Shown here one piece after another: positions 46,482 to 59,114 of a DNA stretch of 64,000 bases. A program made the translations under genes and the position numbers. Every line of letters starts with the position of its first letter. Within the stretch, counting starts at the first letter, position 1. Origin of the DNA: an uncultured delta proteobacterium (GTDB lineage: Bacteria; Myxococcota; Myxococcia; Myxococcales; Myxococcaceae); the NCBI GenBank assembly GCA_963713045.1, contig CAVQKE010000005.1, positions 224,001-288,000 on the forward strand, given 5' to 3'. The notes beneath the pieces were generated by a model. That model saw only the letters and a program-made list of their open reading frames with translations. It was not told the DNA's origin and did not search any database.

Positions 46482-48097
46482 TGCGTGCACTCACACCGGG
46501 AGTTGCGGCCTTCCTGCTGTTGCTCTCCAGTTGTGCAACGTCAGAGACGAAAACAGCCCCGGCCGCAGCGCCTGCTGCGCAGGCCACCCCCACCGCTGCT
46601 CCTCCCGCTGCGCCGCCAGCGGAGACGCCCTTGCCCCCGCCCGGGCCGGTGGGGCCGGTCGTGCTTCCACCCTCCGACTCGCCGCTGGTGGTGGTGGAGC
46701 TGCGCTTCCGCGCTGGCTCAGTGGACGACCCGGACGGGCAAAAAGGGGTGACGGCACTCGCCGCGCACCTGCTGTCTGAAGGCGGCACGCAGGCCCTCAC
46801 CTCGCAGCAGCTGCTGGAGGCGCTGTTCCCCTACGCCGCCGACTGGTGGGTGCGGGTGGACAAGGAGCAGACGACTTTCGGCATGCGGGTCCATCGCGAC
46901 GGACTGGAGAAGGTCTCCGGGCTGCTGGTGGACGCTCTGGTGCATCCGCGCTGGGACCCGCGGGAGTTTGAACGCCTCAGGGACAAGGTGGTGAACGACA
47001 TTGAGAAGCGGCTCCGTCAGGGGGACGACGAGAACCTCGGCAAGTCGGCACTGGGCGAGATGATGTTCCAACACCACCGCTATGGCTGGCTGACCGAGGG
47101 GCACGTCGAAGACCTCCGCAAGCTGACGCTGGACAATGTGCGCGCCCAGGCGGCCCGTGTCTTCAGCTGGGACCGACTCTCCATCGGCATCGCCGGCGGC
47201 TACCCGGCGGACCTGCAGGCGCGCCTCACCACCGCCCTCCAGGCCCTGCCCACCACCGGGGCCGCCCCGCCGGTGCTGACTGTCGCTTCACCCCACCGGC
47301 CGAGATTTCTCTTGGTGCAGAAGCAGACGGACTCCACGGCCATCTCCATCGGCTACCCGTGGGCGCTCAGCCGTGGCAGTCCGGACTGGGCGGCCATGTC
47401 CGTCGCGCGCAGCGCTTTCGGCGAGCACCGCCAATTCAACGGCCGCCTGGTGCGGCGTCTGCGCGAGCAGCGGGGACTCAACTACGGCGACTATGCCTAC
47501 CTCGAGTATTTCGTCCAGGAGGGCGGCGAGGCCTCTACCGCCCAAACCGGGCGCGCCCGGCGACAGCAGGCCTTCACCCTGTGGCTTCGGCCGGTGCAAA
47601 ACAACAACGCTCTGTTCGCCCTGCGGGCGGCGCTTTACCAGCTGCAGCGTTCGGTGAGCGCGGAACCCTTCTCCGACGCGGAGATTTCCAAGACACAAGG
47701 CTTTCTGGATGGCTACCTGCTCCTGTTCGCCCAAACCGACGCGCGCCAGCTGGGCTACGCGTTGGACGACCAATTCCTCAACCTGAAGCACTTCCTCACC
47801 AGCTGGCGGATGGCCGTCCCCAAAGTGACGACCGCCGAGGTGAATCAGGCGTGGAGGCGCTGGGTCCACCCGGACGACGTCCAGGTGGTCCTGGTGACGC
47901 CCGATGCGGCCGGGATGAAGAAGGCCATTTTGGCCAACGCCCCCTCGCCGATGAATTACCCGAAAGACGCCCAAGGCAAGCCCCAGGATGTGCCCAAGGC
48001 CCAGGCGGAAGCGGACGCCGAAATCGCCACCTTCCCCTTTGGCGCACGGGGAGAAGAGGATGTGCGGATTGTCCCGGTGGGCGAACTCTTCCAGTAG
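46481..48097 (+). CDS. M16 family peptidase partner subunit, predicted lipoprotein
   Basis: Lipobox LSSC; HXXEH is absent; RLREQRGLNY (R/Y pair) is present. Confidence 0.85.
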   Translation: MRALTPGVAAFLLLLSSCATSETKTAPAAAPAAQATPTAAPPAAPPAETPLPPPGPVGPVVLPPSDSPLVVVELRFRAGSVDDPDGQKGVTALAAHLLSEGGTQALTSQQLLEALFPYAADWWVRVDKEQTTFGMRVHRDGLEKVSGLLVDALVHPRWDPREFERLRDKVVNDIEKRLRQGDDENLGKSALGEMMFQHHRYGWLTEGHVEDLRKLTLDNVRAQAARVFSWDRLSIGIAGGYPADLQARLTTALQALPTTGAAPPVLTVASPHRPRFLLVQKQTDSTAISIGYPWALSRGSPDWAAMSVARSAFGEHRQFNGRLVRRLREQRGLNYGDYAYLEYFVQEGGEASTAQTGRARRQQAFTLWLRPVQNNNALFALRAALYQLQRSVSAEPFSDAEISKTQGFLDGYLLLFAQTDARQLGYALDDQFLNLKHFLTSWRMAVPKVTTAEVNQAWRRWVHPDDVQVVLVTPDAAGMKKAILANAPSPMNYPKDAQGKPQDVPKAQAEADAEIATFPFGARGEEDVRIVPVGELFQ

Positions 48098-48126
48098 CGT
48101 CGGGTGAGGGCGCCTCGCCCCACCCC

Positions 48127-49800
48127 ATGGAACGTCTGGCCGCTGCGCTTCCGGTGCTTCGCTGGCTGCCCGTCTACCAGCGCCGTTGGCTTGCCTGGGA
48201 CGTCCTGGCCGGGACGACGCTGGCCGCCTACGCCGTCCCGAACGCAGTGGCCTATGCGCTGCTGGCCGGCCTGCCGCCGGTGGCGGGGCTGGCGGGCTAT
48301 CTCTTCGGCGGCCTGGTGTACGCCGTGCTGGGTACCGCCCGGCGTGTCTCGGTGGGGCCGACGTCGGCCATCTCCCTGTTGGTAGCAACCACCGTCGCCC
48401 CGCTGGCCGCGGGCGACGCCCATCGCTACGCCGCCCTCGCTGGGACCGCGGCGCTGCTGGTGGGCGCGCTGGCTCTCGCTGCCGCGGCCCTGCGCTGGGG
48501 CGGCATTGCCCACTTCCTGAGCGGGCCGGTCCTCACCGGCTACAAATTCGGCGCGGCGCTCGTCATTGTCTCCACCCAGCTGCCGACGCTTCTCGGCGTC
48601 CCCCCAGGCGGAGACTCGACGCTGTCACGACTCGGGCACCTCCTCCGCCACCTGGGCCAGGCCCAGCCTTGGGTGTTGGGGGTGGGGCTTCTCGCCTTGG
48701 GCCTCCTGGAACTCGGCCAGCGCCGCTGGCCTCGGCTGCCGGTGGGCCTTCTGGTGGTGGTGGCCTCCATGGGCGCCGCGCAGCTGTGGCGGCTGGACGG
48801 CCGAGGCGTGCCGTTGGTGGGAAAGGTACCGGAGGGGCTACCGCACTTCGCCTGGCCGACGGTGGACATCCAGGACGCCCGACAGCTGGTGCCGCTGGCC
48901 CTGGCCTGTTTCGTCCTGGCCTACCTCGAAGGCATGGCCAGTGCGCGGGCCTTCACGTCCAGCAACGAGGAGAAGCTAGACCCCAACCAGGAGCTGCTGG
49001 CGCTCGGCGTGGCCAACGCGGTGCTGGGCGTCGGCCAGGGCTACCCAGTCGGCGGCGGCTTCTCCCAGTCCGCGGTCAATGCGCGGGCCGGCGCGCGCAC
49101 TCCGCTGTCCCTGGTGGTGACTTCGGGGTGGATGGCCGTGCTGCTGTTGTTTTTGGTGGGCGCCTTCGCCCGGCTTCCGCTGGCCACGTTGGCCGCGCTG
49201 GTGGTGGCCTCGGTCACGGCCTTCATGGACGTGAGTGAGTTGGTGCGTCTGGCACGCGTCCGGCCGAGCGCACTGGCGGTGGCGTTGGTCTGCGCGGTGG
49301 GGGTGGTGTACCTCGGCATTCTGCAGGGCGTGCTGGTGGCGACGCTTCTGTCGTTGGCCCTCATCCTTCGAGCCGAGGCCTCGCTCGGGGTCTCCGAGCT
49401 GGGCGCGCTGCACGGCGAAGTCCACTACGCCGACCGCTCGCGCCACCCCGAATGCCGGCGCCCTCCGGCGGCGCTGGTGCTGCGCATTGATGGGCCGCTC
49501 TTGTACTTCAACACCGACTCGGTGGAGTCCCGCATTCTTCAGGCGGTGGCCGCGGCGCAGCCCGGCGTCCGGCACGTGGCGTTGGACATGAGTTTCAGCA
49601 CCGACCTGGACGTCTCGGCAGGCGACATGCTGAGGAGGCTCGCCGGCGAGCTTCAAGCCCAGGGCGTGTCCCTCTCCTTGGCGGAGGTGCACCACCGCGC
49701 GCGGGCAGACCTCGTCCGGCAGGGGCTGGGCGCGCTGTTGGTGGACGCTGGCCGGCGGCTGACGGTGAAGGAGACGCTGGCGCGGCTGAATGGCGGCTGA
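48127..49800 (+). CDS. SulP/SLC26 anion transporter with STAS domain
   Basis: DVLAG, AYALLAGLPP, GPTSAIS, NQELLALG, GFSQSAVN, LRIDGPLLYFN. Confidence 0.92.
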   Translation: MERLAAALPVLRWLPVYQRRWLAWDVLAGTTLAAYAVPNAVAYALLAGLPPVAGLAGYLFGGLVYAVLGTARRVSVGPTSAISLLVATTVAPLAAGDAHRYAALAGTAALLVGALALAAAALRWGGIAHFLSGPVLTGYKFGAALVIVSTQLPTLLGVPPGGDSTLSRLGHLLRHLGQAQPWVLGVGLLALGLLELGQRRWPRLPVGLLVVVASMGAAQLWRLDGRGVPLVGKVPEGLPHFAWPTVDIQDARQLVPLALACFVLAYLEGMASARAFTSSNEEKLDPNQELLALGVANAVLGVGQGYPVGGGFSQSAVNARAGARTPLSLVVTSGWMAVLLLFLVGAFARLPLATLAALVVASVTAFMDVSELVRLARVRPSALAVALVCAVGVVYLGILQGVLVATLLSLALILRAEASLGVSELGALHGEVHYADRSRHPECRRPPAALVLRIDGPLLYFNTDSVESRILQAVAAAQPGVRHVALDMSFSTDLDVSAGDMLRRLAGELQAQGVSLSLAEVHHRARADLVRQGLGALLVDAGRRLTVKETLARLNGG

Positions 49801-49836
49801 AAGCGTCCGACGCCCGTGTTAGCCGGGGTGGACCCT

Positions 49837-51021
49837 ATGGCACGTACCGGCGAAGCAGTTGAGCGTCTGCAAGGCATCATGGCCCGCTTGCGCGCGGACG
49901 GGGGTTGCCCCTGGGACCGCGCCCAGAATTTGAAAAGCCTCCGCCCGTACCTGGTCGAGGAAACCTACGAAGTGCTGGAGGAGATGGACCGCGTCTCGGA
50001 GGGCGGCCCCTGGCGCCCATTGTGTGAGGAGCTCGGAGACCTCCTCTTTCAAATTGTCTTCCACGCGCAGCTGGCCAGAGAAATGGGGGAGTTCTCCCTC
50101 ACCGACGTGGCGGAGGCCATCTCCAACAAGATTGTCCACCGCCACCCGCACGTGTTTGGCGAGCTGCGCGTGGCCGGAACCGAGCAGGTACTGGCCAACT
50201 GGGCCCGGCTGAAAGCCGAGGAGCGCCGGCAGAAGACGGGCAGTGAAGGCTCGGTGCTGGAGGGCGTGCCCTCCGGGGCGCCAGCGCTGCTGCGCGCCGA
50301 GCGCCTCGGCGAGAAGGCGTCACGGCTGGGCTTTGACTGGCCGGATGTCGCGGGCGTGCGGGGGAAGTTGGACGAGGAGCTTTCCGAGTTGAACCTCGCC
50401 CTGGCTTCGCAAGACCCGGCCCGGGTGGAGCACGAATTGGGGGACGTCCTCTTCAGCCTGGCCAACCTGGCGCGCCACCTGGGCACGCCGGCCGAAGACG
50501 CGCTGCGGGCTGCCAACAGCCGCTTCACCTCGCGCTTTCAAGCGGTGGAAAGGGGCCTGCGCGAGGCGGCCGTCCCCTTCGGCGAGGCCAGCCTTCCGCA
50601 ACTGGAAGCGCTGTGGCAGAAGGCCAAGGCCGAGGAGGCGGCGCTGCCCCGCCCGGTGCGTCCGCCCCGGGCCGAGGTGGTGTGTCTGCGGCTGAATGTG
50701 GCCGGCTTGGAGCCTGAGTTTTGGCAGGCGGTGACGCCGCATTTGGGTTGGGCGCTGTCCGTGGAAGACGCGCGTCTGCGTTTGTCAACTCCCAGCTTCG
50801 CGCTGGAGTTGGTGGTCGGTCCCACCGGCGCGCCGGCGGACGTCGAAGCGCGCCTCGCCGTGGACGTCCCAGCGCTGGCGGCGGCCGTACGCCGTACCGG
50901 CGGCACCTTCCAGCAACTCTCACCTGCCGGCTGCGTCTTCTCTGACCCGGGGCGTTCGGTGGTGGTGCGTTGTCGTACCTGCGCGGAGGGTGAACCTTCT
51001 CTTCCCACAGGACCTGTCTGA
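49837..51021 (+). CDS. mazG: Nucleoside triphosphate pyrophosphohydrolase MazG with a C-terminal extension
   Basis: GCPWD, EETYE, EELGDLL, RHPHVF, GFDW, ELGDVLF. Confidence 0.93.
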   Translation: MARTGEAVERLQGIMARLRADGGCPWDRAQNLKSLRPYLVEETYEVLEEMDRVSEGGPWRPLCEELGDLLFQIVFHAQLAREMGEFSLTDVAEAISNKIVHRHPHVFGELRVAGTEQVLANWARLKAEERRQKTGSEGSVLEGVPSGAPALLRAERLGEKASRLGFDWPDVAGVRGKLDEELSELNLALASQDPARVEHELGDVLFSLANLARHLGTPAEDALRAANSRFTSRFQAVERGLREAAVPFGEASLPQLEALWQKAKAEEAALPRPVRPPRAEVVCLRLNVAGLEPEFWQAVTPHLGWALSVEDARLRLSTPSFALELVVGPTGAPADVEARLAVDVPALAAAVRRTGGTFQQLSPAGCVFSDPGRSVVVRCRTCAEGEPSLPTGPV

Positions 51022-51197
51022 AACCTGGGGGCAAGCTGGTGGGGGGTGACAATGGTGAGGCGACGGCCTTCTGACAGTGCGGGACTGCCGCTTCCTGCAG
51101 CACGCGCACTCGGCCTTTTTTCCCAAGCGGTTAGCGGCCCATCGCCCGGGTTTTTCCACAACGCCGACGCCGCCGCTGGGTGACGCACAGCCTCGGC

Positions 51198-51226
51198 TTG
51201 ACGCCCCCCTCGCCCTCCGGTACTGA
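51198..51226 (+). promoter_or_regulatory. Putative sigma70 promoter of rpsT
   Basis: TTGACG-17-TACTGA, about 40 nt upstream of the GTG start. Confidence 0.5.
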
Positions 51227-51266
51227 GGGCCCCCTTTCCCACCTGACGGACTTCCCCGGAGCGGAC

Positions 51267-51548
51267 GTGGCCAATACGAAGTCAGCCGAAAAGCGCAGCC
51301 GACAGAATGACGTCCGCCGGGCGCGCAACCAATCCGTACGCACCCAGGTGAAGTCCGCGGTGAAAGCAGCGCGCGACGCCTTCACCAAAGGCGATGTCGC
51401 CGCATCGCAGCAGGCCCTCCGCCAGGCAGTGAAGACGTTGAGTACGGCTGCCAGCAAAGGCGTCCTTCACCCACGCAACGCCTCGCGCCGCATTTCCCGG
51501 CTGGCCCAAGCGCTGGCCAGCCGTCAGCCGGCGGCCACCCGCACGTAG
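51267..51548 (+). CDS. rpsT: 30S ribosomal protein S20
   Basis: ANTKSAEKR and KGVLHPRNASRRISRL. Confidence 0.96.
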   Translation: MANTKSAEKRSRQNDVRRARNQSVRTQVKSAVKAARDAFTKGDVAASQQALRQAVKTLSTAASKGVLHPRNASRRISRLAQALASRQPAATRT

Positions 51549-52024
51549 GCGTCCTGGGCCAGCGCGGCGGCCAGACGCTTCAACGCAGCCAAGCGGTTGG
51601 CCTCGACGCTGAGAATGTCCGGGCGCTGGCCTTGCAGGTAATCCTCGTCACCAGCCACGTCCGCCTGCGTCACCAACTCCGTGCCGCGGTAAAGCTTCAC
51701 CCGCAGCACCGCGTGCACCCGGTAGCTGAGGGCCTGCAGCGGACGGGGCGCACTTGAGGACGAGAGGACGGCCGGAGCCGCGGAGACGTAGATGATTTCT
51801 CCGTCCAAGTGCGCCGGGCTGTTTTCTCCCCCCAGCACGCCCACTCGGCCCAGCTGCTCGCGCAGCGCTTCGGTGAAGACGACTTCCAGCCCGGCCTCGG
51901 CCGTCTTATTCACCACCACCGGCACAAACACCGGGCCGCTGCCGCCGGCGAGGGACGGGCCGCCGGCGGTGAAGTGGTAGCCACAGCCACTACCCAAAAG
52001 CGCGAGGGCCAAGCGCCAGCGCAT
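51524..52024 (-). CDS. lptE: LPS-assembly lipoprotein LptE
   Basis: Lipobox-like GSGCGYHF; conserved position directly downstream of leuS. Confidence 0.8.
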   Translation of the reverse strand: MRWRLALALLGSGCGYHFTAGGPSLAGGSGPVFVPVVVNKTAEAGLEVVFTEALREQLGRVGVLGGENSPAHLDGEIIYVSAAPAVLSSSSAPRPLQALSYRVHAVLRVKLYRGTELVTQADVAGDEDYLQGQRPDILSVEANRLAALKRLAAALAQDAYVRVAAG

Positions 52025-52031
52025 GGCGGTG

Positions 52032-54527
<2,496 letters not shown>

Positions 54528-54717
54528 AGAAGCTGTCCCTCATATGGCCCACCGTGCGGTGGCGCAATCTTCCCTCGACTGCGGCCTCCGGCGGGTCAAG
54601 CTGGCGATGGCGATGCGGGATGACCTTCGACGCCGCGGACGCCCGCCGTCAGAAACGAATTGGCAATTCGAAGCGCCCACCGGCGGGCGTTGCTGCAAGG
54701 TGCCTTCGGCCAGTGGC

Positions 54718-55965
54718 TCAGGCCCTCGAGAAGATGAGCACCGTGTTGGTCCCCCCAAAGCCCAGCGAGTTGCTCATCACCGCCTTGATGGTGGCCTCCC
54801 GCGCGTGGTTGGGGACGTAGTCGAGGTCGCAGTCCGGGTCGGACGACTCCTGGTTGATGGTTGGGGGCAACAGGCCGCGGCGGAGGGCCAGAATGCTCAC
54901 CGCGGCCTCGACGCTGCCCGCGGCACCGAGGAGGTGCCCAGTCATCGACTTGGTGGAGCTAATCGCGAGCCTCCGGGCTTGCGCTCCGAAGGCCTGCTTG
55001 ATGGCGCGCGTTTCGTGCACGTCGTTCAGCGGCGTCGAGGTCCCGTGTGCGTTGAGGTAGCCGATGTCCTCGGCGTTCAATTGCGCGTCCTCCAGGGCCA
55101 ATCGCATGCAAGACGCGGCGCGCGCCCCGTCCGTGGTCGGCTGCGTCAGGTGGTAGGCGTCGGCATTGGCCGCGAACCCCGTCAGCTCCGCCAGAATCTC
55201 CGCACCCCGGCGCCGCGCGCACTCCTCCTCTTCGAGGATGAGCACCCCTGCCCCTTCGCCCAGGACGAAGCCATCCCGGCCGAGGTCAAAGGGACGGCTG
55301 GCGCGCTGAGGGTCGTCGTTCCGGGCCGAGAGCGCGCGCATTGCTTCAAAACCCCCAATGGCCAGCGACGTCACCGCCGCCTCCGCGGAGCCGGCGATGA
55401 CGGCATCGGTTCTGCCGCTTCGAATGGACCACAGCGCCTCGCCGATGGCATGCGCTCCGGTCGAGCACGCTGCCACCGGCGCCCAGTTCGGTCCCGCGGC
55501 TCCAGTGCGGATGCTCACCAGCCCGGCGGCCGTATTGGTCAGGATTTGCAGGACAAAAAACGGCGAGAGCCGGTCGAAGCCCGTCGTCAAGGCCTTTTCG
55601 TGGGCTTCTTGGGCCGAGGCCAAACCTCCGATGCCCGAGCCGAGGATGACCCCCACCCGCTCCGGGGCATAGCCGCTCGAGCCTCCAATCCGAAGGCCGC
55701 TCGCCTGCACCGCCATCTCGCTCGCCGCCAGCGCATACTGGACGAAGAGGTCGACACGTCGGACCTCCTTTCGCGGCATCCATTGCTCGGCGTCGAAGTC
55801 CTTCACCTCGGCGGCAATGCGCGTCTTGAGTGTTCCCGGGTCGAACCGGGTGATGGGACCCACTCCAGACTGTCCGGCCACCAGCGCCTTCCAGGTGGTC
55901 TCCACACCGGTGCCTAGCGGCGTGACCAGTCCCAGCCCGGTGACGACGATTTTGCGTCCAGCCAT
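54718..55965 (-). CDS. fabF: 3-oxoacyl-ACP synthase II, stand-alone copy
   Basis: ACSTG catalytic Cys, NAHGTST, TKSMTGH, GFGGTN. Confidence 0.9.
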   Translation of the reverse strand: MAGRKIVVTGLGLVTPLGTGVETTWKALVAGQSGVGPITRFDPGTLKTRIAAEVKDFDAEQWMPRKEVRRVDLFVQYALAASEMAVQASGLRIGGSSGYAPERVGVILGSGIGGLASAQEAHEKALTTGFDRLSPFFVLQILTNTAAGLVSIRTGAAGPNWAPVAACSTGAHAIGEALWSIRSGRTDAVIAGSAEAAVTSLAIGGFEAMRALSARNDDPQRASRPFDLGRDGFVLGEGAGVLILEEEECARRRGAEILAELTGFAANADAYHLTQPTTDGARAASCMRLALEDAQLNAEDIGYLNAHGTSTPLNDVHETRAIKQAFGAQARRLAISSTKSMTGHLLGAAGSVEAAVSILALRRGLLPPTINQESSDPDCDLDYVPNHAREATIKAVMSNSLGFGGTNTVLIFSRA

Positions 55966-56004
55966 GACAGCAGACAGGCGGCCAGGAGGAGGGCGGCTGG
56001 CCAG

Positions 56005-56508
56005 CTATTCTCCGAAGGTCCCTTCGGGTCGCTCCTCAACCTCGGGCCGCAGGTGGGGGTGGCGCTCCAGGAGACGAACACACGTATTCCACCTGAGGAG
56101 CGCCTCATCGTCTCCAGGCGGCCGCTCGGCCTCCGCCCGCTCGTACCAACTCATCGCCTCATGCAGCGAGTGGTATGCGATTCCGCTCGAGCCGGGACTT
56201 CCGAGGTCAAGCTGTGCCTTTCCTCGTCGTTCGCAGATGATGCCAGCGTAGTAGGCACGCTTATATTCGTCGCGGATGCGTGGAAGGAGCCTTCGGGCAC
56301 GGTCGACCTCGTCGCCGCTGTGTCCGGAGAATTGGTCGGTAATGGCCAAAAGCAACGTAATCAGCGCTGCTTCGTTGTCCGGGTCGACCTCCAGTGCATC
56401 CAGACAGATACTCTCCGCCGCCCACGCCTGATTGAGCAAGCGGTAGCGCTCGGCCTTTTGGAGCGCGGCTGGTACGGCATCCTTGGAGATGGGCTTGAAT
56501 CGCAGCAT
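56005..56508 (-). CDS. Hypothetical TPR-like protein downstream of the Sdh Fe-S gene
   Basis: GAGG SD then ATG; helical segments KAERYRLLN..AESICLD, YYAGIICERR and ALLRWNTC. Confidence 0.75.
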   Translation of the reverse strand: MLRFKPISKDAVPAALQKAERYRLLNQAWAAESICLDALEVDPDNEAALITLLLAITDQFSGHSGDEVDRARRLLPRIRDEYKRAYYAGIICERRGKAQLDLGSPGSSGIAYHSLHEAMSWYERAEAERPPGDDEALLRWNTCVRLLERHPHLRPEVEERPEGTFGE

Positions 56509-56515
56509 ACGGACC

Positions 56516-57257
56516 TCACTTCCGGAAATACGACAGCAGCCGGCGCAGTGGATCATACGCTGCGTCCACCACGCGTTCCTTCAGTGGAATAATGGCGTTG
56601 TCCGTGATGTGGATGCTCTTCTGGACAGACCTTTGTGCAGCACTTGGTGATGTTGCAGAACCCGATGCCCTCGCTCTTCTGCAGGTCGGCCACCCGGTTC
56701 TCGACATCGAGCGGGTGCATCTCCAGCGCGGCCGTGTACAGCAGCAGGCGCGGCCCCACGAATTGTGCCTGCTTAGCGTGGTCGCGCAACACGTGACAGA
56801 CGTCTTGGCACAAAAAGCACTCAATGCACTTCCGGAACTCCTGCACCCGGTCCACGTCGGACTGTGCCATCCGCCACGTCCCGTCTGGGGCATCCGGTGG
56901 ACGGGGCTTGAAGGGCTTTATCTGCTTCTTCGCGGCGAAGTTCCAGGAGACGTCGGTGACGAGGTCCTTAATCAGTGGGAAGGAGTGCATCGGCTCGACC
57001 GTCACCGGTTCCTCCAGTGGGAGGTCGTTGAGACGTGTCATACACATCAGCCGCGGCATGCCATTGACTTCCGCTGAGCAGGAACCGCATTTGCCGGCCT
57101 TGCAGTTCCAACGCACGGCGAGGTCATTGGCCGAGTCGGCTTGAATCTGCTGCACCGCGTCCAGCACCACCATGCCCTCGGACACCTCGGTGGTGTAGTC
57201 CTCCAGCTTTCCGCCCTGCGCGCCGCCGCGCCAGATTCGAAAGGTGGCTGTGGCCAT
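56516..57257 (-). CDS. sdhB: Succinate dehydrogenase/fumarate reductase Fe-S subunit (Sdh1-type), with an indel near 56619
   Basis: CKAGKCGSC, CIECFLCQDVC, CNITKCCTKVCP; the C-terminus IHITDNAIIPLKER is in another frame. Confidence 0.9.
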
Positions 57258-57285
57258 GAGGTTGTCCTCTGCTCCCGGGGGCTAG

Positions 57286-59114
57286 CTACTTCATCTCGTC
57301 GATAATCTGCTTCAGCTCGGCCGGCATTTCTGGGCCAGGTTGACGGGCCACCTGCATCGTGCCGTCGCTTCCTTTGTGCACCACAATATTCACGGTGGCG
57401 AAGGCCGGGTCCTTGTCTGGAAAATCCTCGCGGAAGTGGCCGCCCCGGCTCTCCTTGCGCTCGATGGCCGCATGAGTGATGGCCTGGGAGACGGTGAGCA
57501 GGTTGCTTAGGTCGAGTGCGGTATGCCAGCCAGGGTTGTACTCGCGGTTGCTGGAAACGCCCACTCGGCGGGCGCGCTCCCATAGCCCATCGAGGCCTTG
57601 AAGTGCCTGCTTCATTTCCGTCTGCGTGCGAACGATTCCCACCCACTTCTGCATCACGTCTGGAGGTCATGCTGCATCTGGTAGGGACCTTCGCCGGCGG
57701 CGTTGGGACGTCCGAACGGTTCGAGCGAGCGACTGGCGGCCCGATCCTCGACTGCTGAGGCGTCAATCTGCCCCCGCCCATTCTGGCTTGCGCAAACTTG
57801 GCTGCATACTCTCCGGCGCGCTTGCCGAAGACCAGCAGGTCCGAAAGCGAATTTCCGCCCAGCCGGTTGGCGCCATGGAGTCCTGCGGCGCACTCGCCGG
57901 CAGCGAACAGGCCGGGAACGGTGGACATCTGGCTGTCGCCGTCCACCTTGATGCCGCCCATCATGTAGTGGGTGGTGGGTCCGACTTCCATCGGCGTGTT
58001 GGTGATGTCGATGTCCGCCAGCTGTATGAACTGATGGTACATGCTGGGGAGCTTCTTGTTTGATGTGCTCCTCAGCGTTCGGAAGCTTTTCTTTGATCCA
58101 CGAGATGTCGAGGAACACGCCCCCATGCGGGCTGCCGCGTCCTTCCTGATCTCGCGCACGATGCAGCGGGCGACGTGGTCGCTGGTGAGCAACTCGGGCG
58201 GGCGGCGCGCGTTCTTGTCCCCTTGCGTGTAGCGCCAGCCTTCTTCCTCGTTGTCTGCGGTCTGCGTGCGGTAGTTCGCCGGGATGTCTCGAACATGAAG
58301 CGGCTGCCTTCCTTGTTGCGCAGGACTCCGCCTTCGCCGCGCACGCCTTCCGTGACCAGGATCCCTGGACGCTCGGCGGCCAGACCATGCCCGTTGGGAT
58401 GGAACTGGACGAACTCCATGTCCATCAGGTCGGCGCCAGCGTCGTAGGCGAGCGCCTGGCCGTCGCCGGTGTATTCCCAGCTATTGCTGGTGATCTTGTA
58501 GGCGCGGCCGATGCCGCCCGGTGCGCGAGCACCACGGCCCGGGCGCGAAAGAGATGGAAGCGTCCGCGCTCGCGATCGTAGGCCGAACGCGCCCGCACCC
58601 GCGGTCGCCGTACTTCGAGCAGAGCTGACGATGGTGCATTCCATGAGCACGTCAATCGCCCTGCTGAATGCCGTGGTCCTGCAGGGTACGAATCATCTCC
58701 AGCCCGGTGCGGTCGCCGACGTGCGCCAGGCGCGGGTAGCGTGCCCGCCGAAGTTGCGCTGCAGAATGCGGCCGTCGCGGAGTGCGATCGAAAACCGCGC
58801 CCCAGGCCTCCAGTTCACGGACCCGTTCTGGCGCCTCCCTGGCGTGCAGCTCCGCCATCCGCCAGTTGTTGACGTACTGGCCGCCGCGCATCGTGTCGGC
58901 GAAATGGACCTTCCAGCTGTCGCGGTCGTCGACGTTGGCCAGCGCCGCGGCGACGCCGCCCTCGGCCATCACGGTGTGGGCTTTGCCCAACAGCGACTTG
59001 CAGACCAGGCCCGACCTTGGCGCCGCCGGCCGACGCTTCGATGGCGGCCCGCAACCCGGCGCCGCCCGCGCCCACCACCAGCACATCATGCTCGTGGGTC
59101 TCGTACTCGGCCAT
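57286..59114 (-). pseudogene. sdhA: Succinate dehydrogenase/fumarate reductase flavoprotein broken by many frameshifts (probably assembly errors)
   Basis: Colinear fragments in different frames: DVLVVGAGGAG, KAHTVMAEGG, RLAHVGDRTG, MEFVQFHP, TEGVRGEGG, HYMMGG, HGANRLGGNSL, ESRGGHFR. Confidence 0.85.
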
